Both the position numbers and the translations under genes were made by a program. This document shows, piece by piece, positions 28,972 through 39,165 of a stretch of DNA of 64,000 nt (position 1 is its first letter; each line of letters opens with the position of its first letter). A model generated the notes under the pieces. It did no database searches and was not told the DNA's origin. It worked only from the letters and a program-made list of their open reading frames with translations. The DNA is from an uncultured delta proteobacterium (GTDB lineage: Bacteria; Desulfobacterota; Binatia; UBA9968): contig CAVYTU010000002.1 in the NCBI GenBank assembly GCA_963771465.1, forward strand, positions 101,945 to 165,944. The letters are read 5' to 3'.

Positions 28972-30345
28972 TTAAGACCTTGTTGCTAGCGCGGCAAGCG
29001 TTGGGGCTAACGAATTTCGCGCGTCGAGCGCCTGCACCTCATCAATTACCACCCGCGATTTACCCTCGCCCAGCAGCGGCGCAGCCAAACCAAGAAACTT
29101 CTCCTCGACATCCTGGCGCGTCATTGGATTTTCGCTCTCGCCTTTCGGAGCGATAATCTGTTCCATATGCTCGTGACCGCCGGCGAGTTTCACGGTCACT
29201 CGACCCGGCCAGTATTTGGGGAAATAGCGCTCAAGCTCCGCGCTGGCGCTGACCTTTACTTTGGCCATCAACTGCCGCACTTGCTCGCTCTGCAAATACG
29301 CTTCTTCGAATGAAGCCAAGTCGATCTTACCCCTGAGCGCGGTCACGGCCATCACGTACTGTCCGCTGCCCAACGTCGCCGCGCGTAAAGTCGGCGTCGC
29401 GGGGCGATCGATCATGCTGACATTCTGCGTCGGCACGGCTAACACGATTTCGCGAATCGCATCCGTACTGATTGAATATTGCGCCATCAGCTTCAGCAAC
29501 GCTTCAACACCGGCATGCAGCTGGCGCGCGCAAGGATACGGCTTGAACGCCACCTCCGGCAGAAAATACCTATCGAAGCTTTGCAAAAATTCCCACCTCG
29601 GCTCGGCGCATAGCGTCAAACAAAATCCGCGCGCATCTTCGAATGCGCGCTTCGGCCCGCTCAGTCCTTGTTCCGTGGCGAGTAGCGCGAGAATTCCATT
29701 CTGCGCGGCGCGGCCGAAAGCGACATGGCGCGCCGTAGCGCCTTCATCGCCGCCGGTGAGCATGCCGCCGGAGTGAAGCGCAGCGATGCCGAGCGCGTTT
29801 GCCGTCTGATCGGCTGGCCAAACCAAAAATTTCGCGCCCGCCGCGGCCACGCCGAAGGCGCCGCAAACCGTGCTCGGCCACCAACCGCGCGCAAAGAGTT
29901 TCGGCGCGTCGATGGAGAGCCCGACACGCGCGATGGTTTCGTAACCGGCGACCGTCGCATCGAGAAAGCGCCGCCCGCTGCCGCCATATTTCTCTGCCAT
30001 GGCGAGCAACGCGGGAATGATCATCCCGCCAATGCAAGTCGCCGCGCCGCCGTGAATGTCGTCGAGTTCGGCGCAATGCGCCGCCGTCGCCATCGCTTGG
30101 ACGGCGTCGAGATAGGATACCCGCAAGCGCGTGCCGAGCAGAGTCGAAGCAACATTGCCGCCGCTTGCCGCCACCGCCAAATGGTACGCACGTTTTGCCG
30201 GCTCTAAACATGAGCCGGCGAGCACACAACCGAGAGAGTCGAGGATATGAAGTTTGGCCGCGTCAATAACAGGCGCGGGAATCTGCTCGAAGCGTAGCTC
30301 GGCAAGATGACAGGACAGTAGTTCGCTAAGGGTTTTATCGGGCAT
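28972..30345 (-). CDS. MmgE/PrpD family protein
   Basis: ILDSLGC.LAG, ELDDIH, AGYE, GW.P...CG.FG, FKPYPC.R..H, PKGE.ENPM. Confidence 0.9.
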   Translation of the reverse strand: MPDKTLSELLSCHLAELRFEQIPAPVIDAAKLHILDSLGCVLAGSCLEPAKRAYHLAVAASGGNVASTLLGTRLRVSYLDAVQAMATAAHCAELDDIHGGAATCIGGMIIPALLAMAEKYGGSGRRFLDATVAGYETIARVGLSIDAPKLFARGWWPSTVCGAFGVAAAGAKFLVWPADQTANALGIAALHSGGMLTGGDEGATARHVAFGRAAQNGILALLATEQGLSGPKRAFEDARGFCLTLCAEPRWEFLQSFDRYFLPEVAFKPYPCARQLHAGVEALLKLMAQYSISTDAIREIVLAVPTQNVSMIDRPATPTLRAATLGSGQYVMAVTALRGKIDLASFEEAYLQSEQVRQLMAKVKVSASAELERYFPKYWPGRVTVKLAGGHEHMEQIIAPKGESENPMTRQDVEEKFLGLAAPLLGEGKSRVVIDEVQALDARNSLAPTLAALATRS

Positions 30346-30422
30346 CTTCCTTTTGACTTATTCCTTCTCCCACAAGAACAATCCAGGAGCGCGATTAATT
30401 CCGTCGATGCCGATTTTTCGCT

Positions 30423-32459
30423 TCAACTCCCCACTTCGATCACCAACTGGCCGAACTCATTGACCTGCATCTCGTCGCCGGGATAAACGAGTATCGTCGC
30501 GCCCAACTCTTCGATCACCACCGGTCCTTTCAATTGGTCGCCGGGTTGGAAACCGCTGCGCAGATAAATCGGACAATCTACCGGCTGGGTCTCGAAGATC
30601 ACCGGACGGCGGCCGCGTTCGCCGCGATCTTCGGCGCGCGACGCCGTTGCCAATCGCACTTTGTTCTCGAATTTACCCAGCGCGGACAGCCGGAGATTGA
30701 CCATCATCACCGGCTCTTTAGGCGCTGAATGGCCGTAGTGTTCTTGATGTAACTGATCGAACCGTGTTCGAAGCGCGCCGAAGTCCGTCACCGTGCGCAA
30801 GTCCTCGGTCACCGGCACGGGCAACGTGTACTCTTGGCCGCGATAACGCATGTCGAGAAATCGGCGCAGAACAATCTGTTCCGTGCTACTGCCTTCCTCA
30901 GTCAAAGTTTCCGTCGCAGATTTTTCCAAGATGGCGAATGCGTCGGCGATCTCGGCGCTGGTGGTTTCGGCCAATTCGCGGACAAATGTCTGCACGTAGT
31001 CATGCTTGAGATCGGCCATCAGCATACCGAGGGCCGAAAAATGCGCCGGCATCGGCGGGATGATCACCCGCGGCACGGACAACTCGCGCGCGATAGCTAT
31101 GGCGTGCAGCGCGCCGCCGCCGCCGCTCGGCACCAGCACGCAATCGCGTGGATCGTAGCCTTTCTCGACGGACACGGCGCGCACGGAGAGCGACATATTG
31201 AAGTTGGCGATGGTGAGAATGCCTAGCGCAGCCTCTTCCAATGACAAGCCGAGCGGCTTGCCGATTTTTTCCACGATCGTTTCGGCGGCTTGGTCGCGCT
31301 GCAAGCGGATACCGCTGCCGAGAAAATAGTCCGGGTCGATGCGACCGGCGATCAAATTAGCGTCGGTTACCGTCGGCGCTGCGCCGCCTTTGCCGTAGCA
31401 TGCCGGACCCGGCGCCGCACCGGCGCTCTGCGGACCAACTTTCAAACCGCCGGCGGCATCGAGCCAGGCAATGCTGCCGCCGCCGTTGCCGACTTCGACG
31501 ATGTCGACCACCGGCAGCATCATCGGATGGCCGGTAACGTAGCCGCCGACGTAATAACTGCTGGTCACTTCGGGATGAAAGTCTTTGATCAAACTCGACT
31601 TCGCCGTGGTGCCGCCCATGTCGAAAGAAATAATATGGCGGCAGCCGAGCGACTCGCCGAGATGCGCCGCGGCGATCACTCCCGCCACCGGCCCGGACTC
31701 CATCATCGTCACCGGCATTTTCTTGGCGGTCTCCGCCGACATCACGCCGCCGTTGGACTGCATGACCCGAAACGTGCCGCGAAAGCCGGCGGCGCCGAGC
31801 ATGTTTTCCAGCGAGACTAAGTAGCGGCGCACCAGCGGGCCGACATAGGCATTTAACACGGTCGTCGAAGTCCGTTCGTACTCGCGAAACTCGCGGAGAA
31901 TTTCATGGGAGAGCGAGACGTAAGCTTGCGGCAACTGCTGGCGCAGCATTTCTCCCAGGCGCTGCTCATGGGCGGCATTCGCGTAGGCGTGCAGGAAACA
32001 GACCGCGACACTTTCGACGCCGGCCTTTTTGAGCGCGCCGATGGTCGTCGCCGCCGACTGCTCATCGAGCGGTGTCAGCACTTCTCCGGTGGCGTACAGC
32101 CGTTCGTCGACTTCCAAACGCAAATCACGCGGCACCAACGGCACCGGACGTTTGAAAAACAGATTGTAACCTTCCGGCCGATTGCCGCGGCCGATCTCGT
32201 AAACATCGCGAAACCCTTTGGTCGTAATCAGTCCCGTGCGCGCGCCTTTGCGCTCGAGCACGGCGTTGATCGTCACCGTCGAACCGTGCACGAAAAAACT
32301 CGCGCCGGCGACTTGGACATTGGCGCCCGTCAAACAATCGTCGATACCGTGCGCCAGATCGTCCGGCGTGGTCAACGCCTTGCTGCGAAAAACCTGGCCA
32401 TCGTCATCGACGGCAACTAAATCCGTAAACGTTCCGCCAATATCAACTGCGATTCGCAT
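30423..32459 (-). CDS. Hydantoinase A / 5-oxoprolinase alpha subunit (ATP-binding)
   Basis: VDIGGTFTD, HGST..INA, EYERTSTT..NAY, SGPVAG, DMGGTT, GPQSAGA.PGPACY. Confidence 0.95.
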   Translation of the reverse strand: MRIAVDIGGTFTDLVAVDDDGQVFRSKALTTPDDLAHGIDDCLTGANVQVAGASFFVHGSTVTINAVLERKGARTGLITTKGFRDVYEIGRGNRPEGYNLFFKRPVPLVPRDLRLEVDERLYATGEVLTPLDEQSAATTIGALKKAGVESVAVCFLHAYANAAHEQRLGEMLRQQLPQAYVSLSHEILREFREYERTSTTVLNAYVGPLVRRYLVSLENMLGAAGFRGTFRVMQSNGGVMSAETAKKMPVTMMESGPVAGVIAAAHLGESLGCRHIISFDMGGTTAKSSLIKDFHPEVTSSYYVGGYVTGHPMMLPVVDIVEVGNGGGSIAWLDAAGGLKVGPQSAGAAPGPACYGKGGAAPTVTDANLIAGRIDPDYFLGSGIRLQRDQAAETIVEKIGKPLGLSLEEAALGILTIANFNMSLSVRAVSVEKGYDPRDCVLVPSGGGGALHAIAIARELSVPRVIIPPMPAHFSALGMLMADLKHDYVQTFVRELAETTSAEIADAFAILEKSATETLTEEGSSTEQIVLRRFLDMRYRGQEYTLPVPVTEDLRTVTDFGALRTRFDQLHQEHYGHSAPKEPVMMVNLRLSALGKFENKVRLATASRAEDRGERGRRPVIFETQPVDCPIYLRSGFQPGDQLKGPVVIEELGATILVYPGDEMQVNEFGQLVIEVGS

Positions 32460-32584
32460 GGAGCCTTTCCGTGCAATGATTGATGGAGTTTATGCCGAAC
32501 ACCACGACTCGGTATTCCCGATAGTCCTAAACGATTCTTACTGCCGCCGCAACGTGGGCAAGAGAATGGAAACAAGTGGCCGGC

Positions 32585-34084
32585 TTATTCTTTGAACGCT
32601 TCTTCGCGGGTTTTGCTGAATGCCGGCAGCAGCACAGAGAGCATGGCGAGCATAGCCAGCACGAGCAGCGTCGCGCTGATCGGGCGCTGGACAAACACCC
32701 ACGGATTTCCGCGCGACAGCAACATCGCGCGGCGCAGGTACTCTTCCATCAAGGGACCGAGGATAAAGGCGAGCAACATCGGCGCCGGCTCGGCGCCAAG
32801 CTTGGAAAAAACATAGCCGACTATGCCGAACAGCGCCATCAAATATACGTCGAAGGTGGCATTTTTAAGACTAAACACTCCGATCGCGCAGAAGACCAGA
32901 ATTCCCGGGAATAGTAGGTGGTAGGGAATCATGATCATGCGCACCCACATGCCGATCAGCGGGTAGTTAAGAACGACGAGAAAAAGATTGCCCATCCACA
33001 TCGACACGATCATGCCCCAAAAAAGCGCCGGCTGTTCGTTGATCACCGACGGTCCGGGCTGAATGCCGTGGACAATCATGGCTCCGACCATCAGCGCGCT
33101 GACTGGATTGGACGGAATTCCAAGAGTGAGCAGTGGAATAAAAGATGTCTGCGCACCGGCATTATTGGCTGCCTCCGGCGCGGCAACGCCTTCGATTGCG
33201 CCTTTGCCGAACTGGGCTCGATTCTTGGAGATTTTCTTTTCGATGGAATAAGCCGCGAAGGAACCCAAGATCGAGCCGCTGCCGGGAAGAATGCCCAATG
33301 CTGAGCCGATCATCGTGCCGCGTAGAATCGGCGCAACCATGCGTTTGAAGTCTTCACGCGTGGGCCAGAGTCCGGTAATTTTCGTGAGCATCACAGAGCG
33401 GCCTTCTTCGTTTTCCAGATTGCGAATGATTTCGCCCAGGCCGAACATGCCCATTGCGACGGTAACAAAGCCGATGCCGTCGGCAAGCTCAAACATGCCA
33501 AATGTGAAGCGCTGGGTGCCGGAATTGACATCGGTGCCGATGAGCCCCAAGAGCAAGCCGAGCACGACTATGCCGAAGGCATGGAGCAACGAGCCTTGCG
33601 CGAGCACGACGGAAGCAACTAGGCCGAGGACCATCAGCGAAAAAAATTCCGCGGGCCCGAATTGCAACGCGACTGCCGCCAGCGGTGGACCGAAGGCGGC
33701 GATTAAGAACGTGGCGACGGTTCCGGCGAAAAACGAACCGATCGCTGAAGCCGCCAAGCGCTGCTCCCGCTCTGCCTTGCTTCGCCATCTGATAGCCGTC
33801 CAGCGTCGTAACGACCGACGCGGCTTCGCCGGGAAGATTGACCAGAATCGAAGTCGTCGAGCCGCCGTACTGCGAACCGTAATAGATACCCGCCAGCATG
33901 ATGAGCGCGGTCACCGGCGGCAAGACGAAAGTAACTGGGAGCAGCATAGCGATGGTGGCTGTGGGACCGAGACCGGGCAACACGCCGATCGCCGTGCCGA
34001 GAAAAACGCCGATGAAGCAGTAAAACAAATTTGCCCAGGTCGCGGCTGTCTGCAAACCCAGCGGCAGATGATCAGCAGTTCCAT
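32585..34084 (-). CDS. tctA: Tripartite tricarboxylate transporter large permease TctA (frameshifted near 34065 and 33755)
   Basis: [46 protein letters not shown], spread over three frames. Confidence 0.88.
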
Positions 34085-34116
34085 CGGTAATCCTCCCCGT
34101 TGCATAACGATCAAAG

Positions 34117-34572
34117 TCAGCCGCCAAACCAGGGGCCGATAATCGGCAGCGGGATACCCAAGCCTTTAATAAACACCAAAACGCAGAAGAGCGTCAGCCC
34201 GAACGCCATCACGAGCGTCGTGCGCCAGCGGAAGCGCGTGCTGCGCGTAGGCGCTGATGATGACGAGCAGAGGCAAGGCGACGATCAGTCCGGCGCCACG
34301 CACCAGGAAACCAAAGATCAGCGTCGACAGGATGACTAAGACTAGTCCTTTGAACGAAAACCCGCCAATCGGCGTGCCGGGCACAACGAATGATCGAATC
34401 ACTGAAATCGTCGCCGATGACGACGAGCAACCGCGCCAAGGATAGTCGGGAAATAGGCCGGCCCCATCTTGAGCGCCGTTCCCATGGAGTAATCTCGGGC
34501 GATGATCATCGCGCTCGACCCCAAGCAGATATAGATCAACCCCGACCAAAAATCTTTCTCACTGCGAATCAT
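34117..34572 (-). CDS. tctB: Tripartite tricarboxylate transporter small subunit TctB (multiple frameshifts)
   Basis: [12 protein letters not shown]..., [30 protein letters not shown]; lies between tctC and tctA. Confidence 0.75.
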
Positions 34573-34637
34573 CGTCTTTGAGTCATCAAGAATGAATTCC
34601 TATCCATGATGTATCGCGCCTTGTATAACAACTCTGA

Positions 34638-34671
34638 CAAAAAGAAGGCCGGGACAATGCCCGGCCTTCTT
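34638..34671 (-). terminator. Rho-independent terminator/attenuator after tctC
   Basis: 12-bp stem aagaaggccggg/cccggccttctt followed by a T-run on the minus strand. Confidence 0.7.
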
Positions 34672-34697
34672 CCATCACAGCTCTGTCATAGAACAAT

Positions 34698-35676
34698 TCA
34701 ATCAGCATAGACGCCGGCCTTCTTGATGATCGGCGCCCATTTATCGATTTCCGCTTTGAGATGTTTGCCTAGCGCTTCCGGCGTCGCTCGGCTTTCCGCA
34801 ACCGTGTCCGCGCCCAAGTCAGCAAAGCGTTGCCGTAACGTGGTGTCTTTCAGTGCGGCCTGCAACGCCTTGGTGAGCTTGTCGATGACCGGCTTGGGCG
34901 TTGCCTTCGGTGCATAAAGCCCATGCCACACCGAAACTTCAAAGCCTTTTAATCCAGCTTCGTCCATGGTCGGCACGTTTGGCAATGATGGTAATGCGCT
35001 TTGGCGTCGTTACGCCGTAAACTTTGATTTTCTCAGCCTTGATCTGCGTCGTCGTGTTGGTCGTCTGGTCGCACATGAAATCGACCTGTCCGCCAAGCAA
35101 GTCGTTCATCGCCGGACCGGTCCCATTATAGGGAACGGTGGTCAGATTCGGTTTGAATCGCGCTCATAAAAAGCATGCCGCAAAGATGCGACGCCGCGCC
35201 AAGCCCGGCGTTGGCGAGGTTGACCTTATCCTTGTTGGCTTTCAGATAAGCGATCAGCTTCCTTGAGATCCTTGGGTGGAAAGTCCTTCTTCGCCACCAG
35301 CGTCATCGGCGTTTCATTGATCAAGCCGATGGGCTCGAAATCGTTGATCGCGTCGTAGGGCAGCTTGCGATAGAGCGACGGCGCGGTAGACATGCCGATA
35401 TGGTGCAGGAAAAGCGTATAGCCGTCCGGCGCGGCCTTCGCCACGCGGTTGGCGCCGATTGTACCGCCGGCGCCGCCGACATTCTCAACAATCATCTGGG
35501 TTCCTAAGTACCTTGCTCATGGGCACAGTGAGCAAGCGCGCCACCGCATCGGTCGGCCCGCCCGCGGTAAAGGGAACGATCACGGTGATCACTTTGTTAG
35601 GATATTCCTGGGCCTGCAATGGGGCGATGCCAAGTAGCGCAAGCCCTGCAACGATACTAAACAGCTTCGTTCTCAT
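34698..35676 (-). CDS. tctC: Tripartite tricarboxylate transporter binding protein TctC/Bug (multiple frameshifts)
   Basis: YP.K.IT.IVPF.AGG.TD..AR, IVENVGGAGGTIG, AAPDGYT, YKGTGPAM.DL.GG.VD, W.GL.AP..TP, spread across frames. Confidence 0.85.
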
Positions 35677-35772
35677 AGTGTCTCCTCCTCAGAATTGCCG
35701 TGGCAAACATTTGGCGGCACAACGCTTAGACGAACTGAAATCGCCTATCCATCAACACAAGCGAAACGTAAC

Positions 35773-35787
35773 GCAACCTCAATGCCA
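35773..35787 (-). promoter_or_regulatory. Putative sigma54 (-24/-12) promoter of tctCBA
   Basis: Minus strand TGGCATTGAGGTTGC (GG-N10-GC), ~100 bp upstream of tctC ATG. Confidence 0.55.
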
Positions 35788-36071
35788 TCGCAAACCCGCA
35801 TGCGGCGGCAGTTTTTGCGCCGGAATTTCTCATGACTGAGAAATGTCGCCCGATGATTCGGGGCAATGGTAATCAGCCCTTGGCTTCCTGGTCGCCTGCT
35901 GGTGGCAGCCGGAACATTATTATCTCTCGAATTTGCCCGCCGACATGGATAGACTCGCCGGCTGAAAAAGTTTTTGCGAGCGATAGTGCTGTCGAGCTGC
36001 ATTGACGACGGCGCCCTCTGCGAGCTAGAAACAGAGAGCTCTAACGGCAAGCTCTACCGCTCAGAGGAACG

Positions 36072-37061
36072 ATGAAAACTCACAGCTCCCGCAAGTGGAA
36101 ATCCGCGGTATTGATCCTTTGGGCATCGGTCCTACTCGTCCAACTCGTCCGATCCGCCACCGCCCACGCCCAAGAGCTAAAAAAAGTCCGCATGGGTTAT
36201 CCCGCGTTCAGCTTAACCTTTCTGACTTTTTTCGTCACCAAAGACGCCGGCATCTTCAAGAAGCATGGACTCGATGTCGACCTGGTTCAGCTCGCCGGCG
36301 CGGTGCAGACATCGGCCTTGGTCGCCGGCGAGATCGATTATTTGACCGGCATCACCGGTCCGTTGGTTGCAGCGGCGCGCGGCTTGCCTTTCAAAGGTAT
36401 CATGGTCACCCACGACCGCACGCTCTTTTGGTTGATCGGCAGCCCGGAGATTCGCCGCGCCGAAGATCTTATCGGCAAAACCGTTGCCGTCGATCGCTTG
36501 GCGACGCTGCAAGACATCGTCGCGCGCGATCTGATCAAGCGCAAAGGCGTGAACCCCGATCAAGTCACCTATATCCAAACCGGTTCGGTATCGAACAGCG
36601 TGCAGTCGCTCAGTCAAGGCAGCGTCGCCGCCGCCGTACTGTCATTGCCGCACAACGTCGTCATGGTGCAAAAAGGGTTTTGCGAAGTCGCCTCGGCGCC
36701 GGAGTTCAATTTGCGCTCCGCCTCCGGTGGTATCCCCACTCATGAAGCCAAATTGAAGAAAGATCCAGCCGGCGTGAAAGCGGTCATCCGCGCGACGTTT
36801 GAAGCGATGGATTTCAACCGCCGAGAAAAAACCTGGATGACGAATTAAATTCAGAACAAATGGAAAGTCAGCCCGAAAGTCGCCGAGGAATCCTACCGAG
36901 CTTGGCTGAACGGCTTTACCACCGACGGCAAGATTCCGCTCAAAGACTTGCAAGATATTTACGATCAAGCCTTTGCCGCCAAGCTCATACCGATGCAAGT
37001 GCCGGCGGCGCAAGTGATGGATTATTCGCTGACCGAAGAAGTTTATAAAGACAAAAGGTAA
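36072..37061 (+). pseudogene. NMT1/SsuA-like SBP interrupted by an in-frame TAA at 36846-36848
   Basis: Same frame continues IQNKWKVSPKVAEESY...MDYSLTEEVYKDKR* to 37061; a TAC>TAA mutation or a sequencing error. Confidence 0.75.
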
Positions 37062-37073
37062 AAGGAGCGCACC

Positions 37074-37742
37074 ATGGCAACTCAAGCGTTTATCGATTCC
37101 GTAGTTAAGGACATCATCCAACCCGGCGTGGAGCGATTGATGGCGCTGCCCTACTTTACGGAATTGCGGGCGGGTAAGCTCTCGATCAAGCGGCTTCAGG
37201 GCTGGGCGCTGCAACACTATTTACACAACGTCGCGCTGCTCAAAGGCTTCGCTCTCTGCATGGTCAAGAACAGCCACGATCCGGATCTATTCAAATATTT
37301 TCTCTACCAGATGAACGAAGAACAGTATCATCCCGATCTCGCCAAGAAGTTCGGCTTGGCGATCGGTTTGCAGGAACAAGACTTTGACCAAGCTACGCCG
37401 ATCTTCGAATCCTTGGCGCATACCAGCAAGACCATCCACGGCATGCTGCTCGGCTCGGCGTCGGAGAACCGCGCTTCGGCGCTGGTCAACGAAACCATGG
37501 TGTGCCGCTATTCCGAAGAGCATATCGCTGCGCTGCGCCGGCACTATGGGTTAAATGACAAGCAGATTCAGTTTTTCACCGTCCACGCCGTCGCCGATCA
37601 AGAGCACACCGAGATGGCCCGCGAGGTAATCGCCAAACACGCCAACAGCGAGCGCCAGCAAGAACTTGTGCGCGAGGCCGCCGCTCAAATGGTGCGCTTC
37701 AAAATTGCCAAGTTTGAAGGCATTTATAACGCCTACGCGTGA
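37074..37742 (+). CDS. Heme-oxygenase-like diiron / PqqC-CADD-TenA fold protein
   Basis: W..QHY, NEEQYH, E, FF.VH..AD.EH ligand pattern; AAGGAG RBS. Confidence 0.8.
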   Translation: MATQAFIDSVVKDIIQPGVERLMALPYFTELRAGKLSIKRLQGWALQHYLHNVALLKGFALCMVKNSHDPDLFKYFLYQMNEEQYHPDLAKKFGLAIGLQEQDFDQATPIFESLAHTSKTIHGMLLGSASENRASALVNETMVCRYSEEHIAALRRHYGLNDKQIQFFTVHAVADQEHTEMAREVIAKHANSERQQELVREAAAQMVRFKIAKFEGIYNAYA

Positions 37743-38136
37743 GGGAATGAAACACTGTAGCAATCTGGGCAAATTCAAACCCTACGAAAAAATATAGCTT
37801 TTGCCGCAACGATTTAAATCCATTGGTTTACACTCCGCGCAACGGTTGTTACTCCCTGCCAAAAGGTCGCACTGGCCGAAACCTCTCAGGCCGCTATCCG
37901 CAGTGAAGATCAAGTTTGTAGCAAAGAAGAGCGATTTCCGCTGCGGACATCGCCTAAGCGGTTGATTTCCCAGCAATTTGGCGGAAGGCGGGAAACTTCG
38001 CGCAAGCTCGTCGAGCCTGGCACTTGTGACCGAAAAACGGGTCAACTCAAGGCGCCGGACTTCGGTGCCAGCGTAAGACAAACCCAACTTTGCGACATTC
38101 CGCGACAGGTCGCGATGTTAGGTAGTTTCTGTGCCC

Positions 38137-38152
38137 CGGCACGGCTTCTGCT
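38137..38152 (+). promoter_or_regulatory. Putative sigma54 promoter
   Basis: CGGCACGGCTTCTGCT (GG-N10-GC), ~100 bp upstream of small ORF 38255. Confidence 0.45.
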
Positions 38153-38254
38153 TTTACGCTATGTGTGACGGGCAAGCGAAACGATACGACGGGGACGAAC
38201 ATGACGATAGGGAATCTGATTCGTTTGAAAAAATCGACAGAAGGAGAGACGGAA

Positions 38255-38452
38255 ATGGAACAAACAAATTCTGAATTAGGAAAACCGAGTTTTTGGCAGA
38301 TGGTATTTTTGCAGAGCAAAGTTAACGGCGCCCGCTACATTGGCGAGGACCTTCCAGGCCGCACTTGGGAATGGCCCAAGGACACCTATCTACAGCGCCG
38401 CTTGCAACGAGCGAGATGGTACCAGGTGCCTGAGAGCTCGAAAATGAATTAG
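38255..38452 (+). CDS. Small hypothetical protein (65 aa, Trp-rich)
   Basis: AAGGAG RBS, ATG, upstream sigma54-like motif, downstream hairpin. Confidence 0.55.
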   Translation: MEQTNSELGKPSFWQMVFLQSKVNGARYIGEDLPGRTWEWPKDTYLQRRLQRARWYQVPESSKMN

Positions 38453-38536
38453 CTGACCGCGTCCCGCGCTGCCTCCTTCAGCACAGCTCCCACGGGATAG
38501 CGGTGCCACTGAGCCCCCGTCACGTTCAGTGGCCAA

Positions 38537-38566
38537 CGAGGCCGGGCTTCCCATAGCCCGGCCTCG
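38537..38566. terminator. GC-rich hairpin between convergent genes
   Basis: Perfect 12-bp stem cgaggccgggct/agcccggcctcg. Confidence 0.55.
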
Positions 38567-38640
38567 CCAATTTCACCTCGGGCGGTTTGCACAGATGGTG
38601 GAATAACGCCGGCGCAAACAGACCTAACCCAAAACTTGCG

Positions 38641-39114
38641 CTATGCCCCCGGCTTGGTCTTTTCCTTTTCCTTGGATTGCTTTTGCTCGCCAGGAGTCGT
38701 CGACTTTGCGTTCTGGGCGGTAGTTTTCGCTTTGCTCTGCGGCAATTTTAATCGACGCACCGAGGTCGCCACTGATTTGCCGTCTTTCTCGGCGTAAACC
38801 ACGCGCACTCGGTCGCCCACGGTGAGTCGCTCCAAGGCATCTTTAGCGGCGTCTTTAGTCATGAAGTTTTTCTCGTCCGACGAACCTTTGACCGATACTG
38901 CGCCCGTTTTAGTGTCCAAGGCGGAAATATTTCCGGTGAACTTCCGCGGCGTCGTCTTTTTGGTCTTTTTAGTGCTCTGTGCTCCGGTCTTTTTAGCCGG
39001 CGCCGCCGTTGATTCTTTGGTAGGGGGAGCGTCAGCCGGGAAACTGACAGCCGAGACCCCAAACATCATAAGCGGCAGCAAAAGTAACCGTCGCAGCCAT
39101 TTTGAGTTCTTCAT
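38641..39114 (-). CDS. Secreted Lys/Thr-rich protein with a small OB-fold-like beta domain
   Basis: Signal peptide; FTGNISALD...G.VSV...L.VGDRVRV.Y...GK.VA; low-complexity flanks; GGAG RBS. Confidence 0.7.
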   Translation of the reverse strand: MKNSKWLRRLLLLPLMMFGVSAVSFPADAPPTKESTAAPAKKTGAQSTKKTKKTTPRKFTGNISALDTKTGAVSVKGSSDEKNFMTKDAAKDALERLTVGDRVRVVYAEKDGKSVATSVRRLKLPQSKAKTTAQNAKSTTPGEQKQSKEKEKTKPGA

Positions 39115-39165
39115 CGGTGACTCCCCATATTTGCCCCGTTCCGGCTCGCAAGAAACTTTGTCCAG

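Noticed and set aside
36846-36848. In-frame stop as programmed readthrough or recoding
   Set aside because: It is TAA, not TGA/TAG, one base from TAC (Tyr); a mutation or sequencing error is simpler
1-37742. Thiamine salvage theme (thiE, NMT1/THI5-like proteins, TenA-fold protein)
   Set aside because: The genes are far apart, I saw no TPP riboswitch, NMT1-like SBPs are generic here, and the TenA-fold protein has diiron-type ligands
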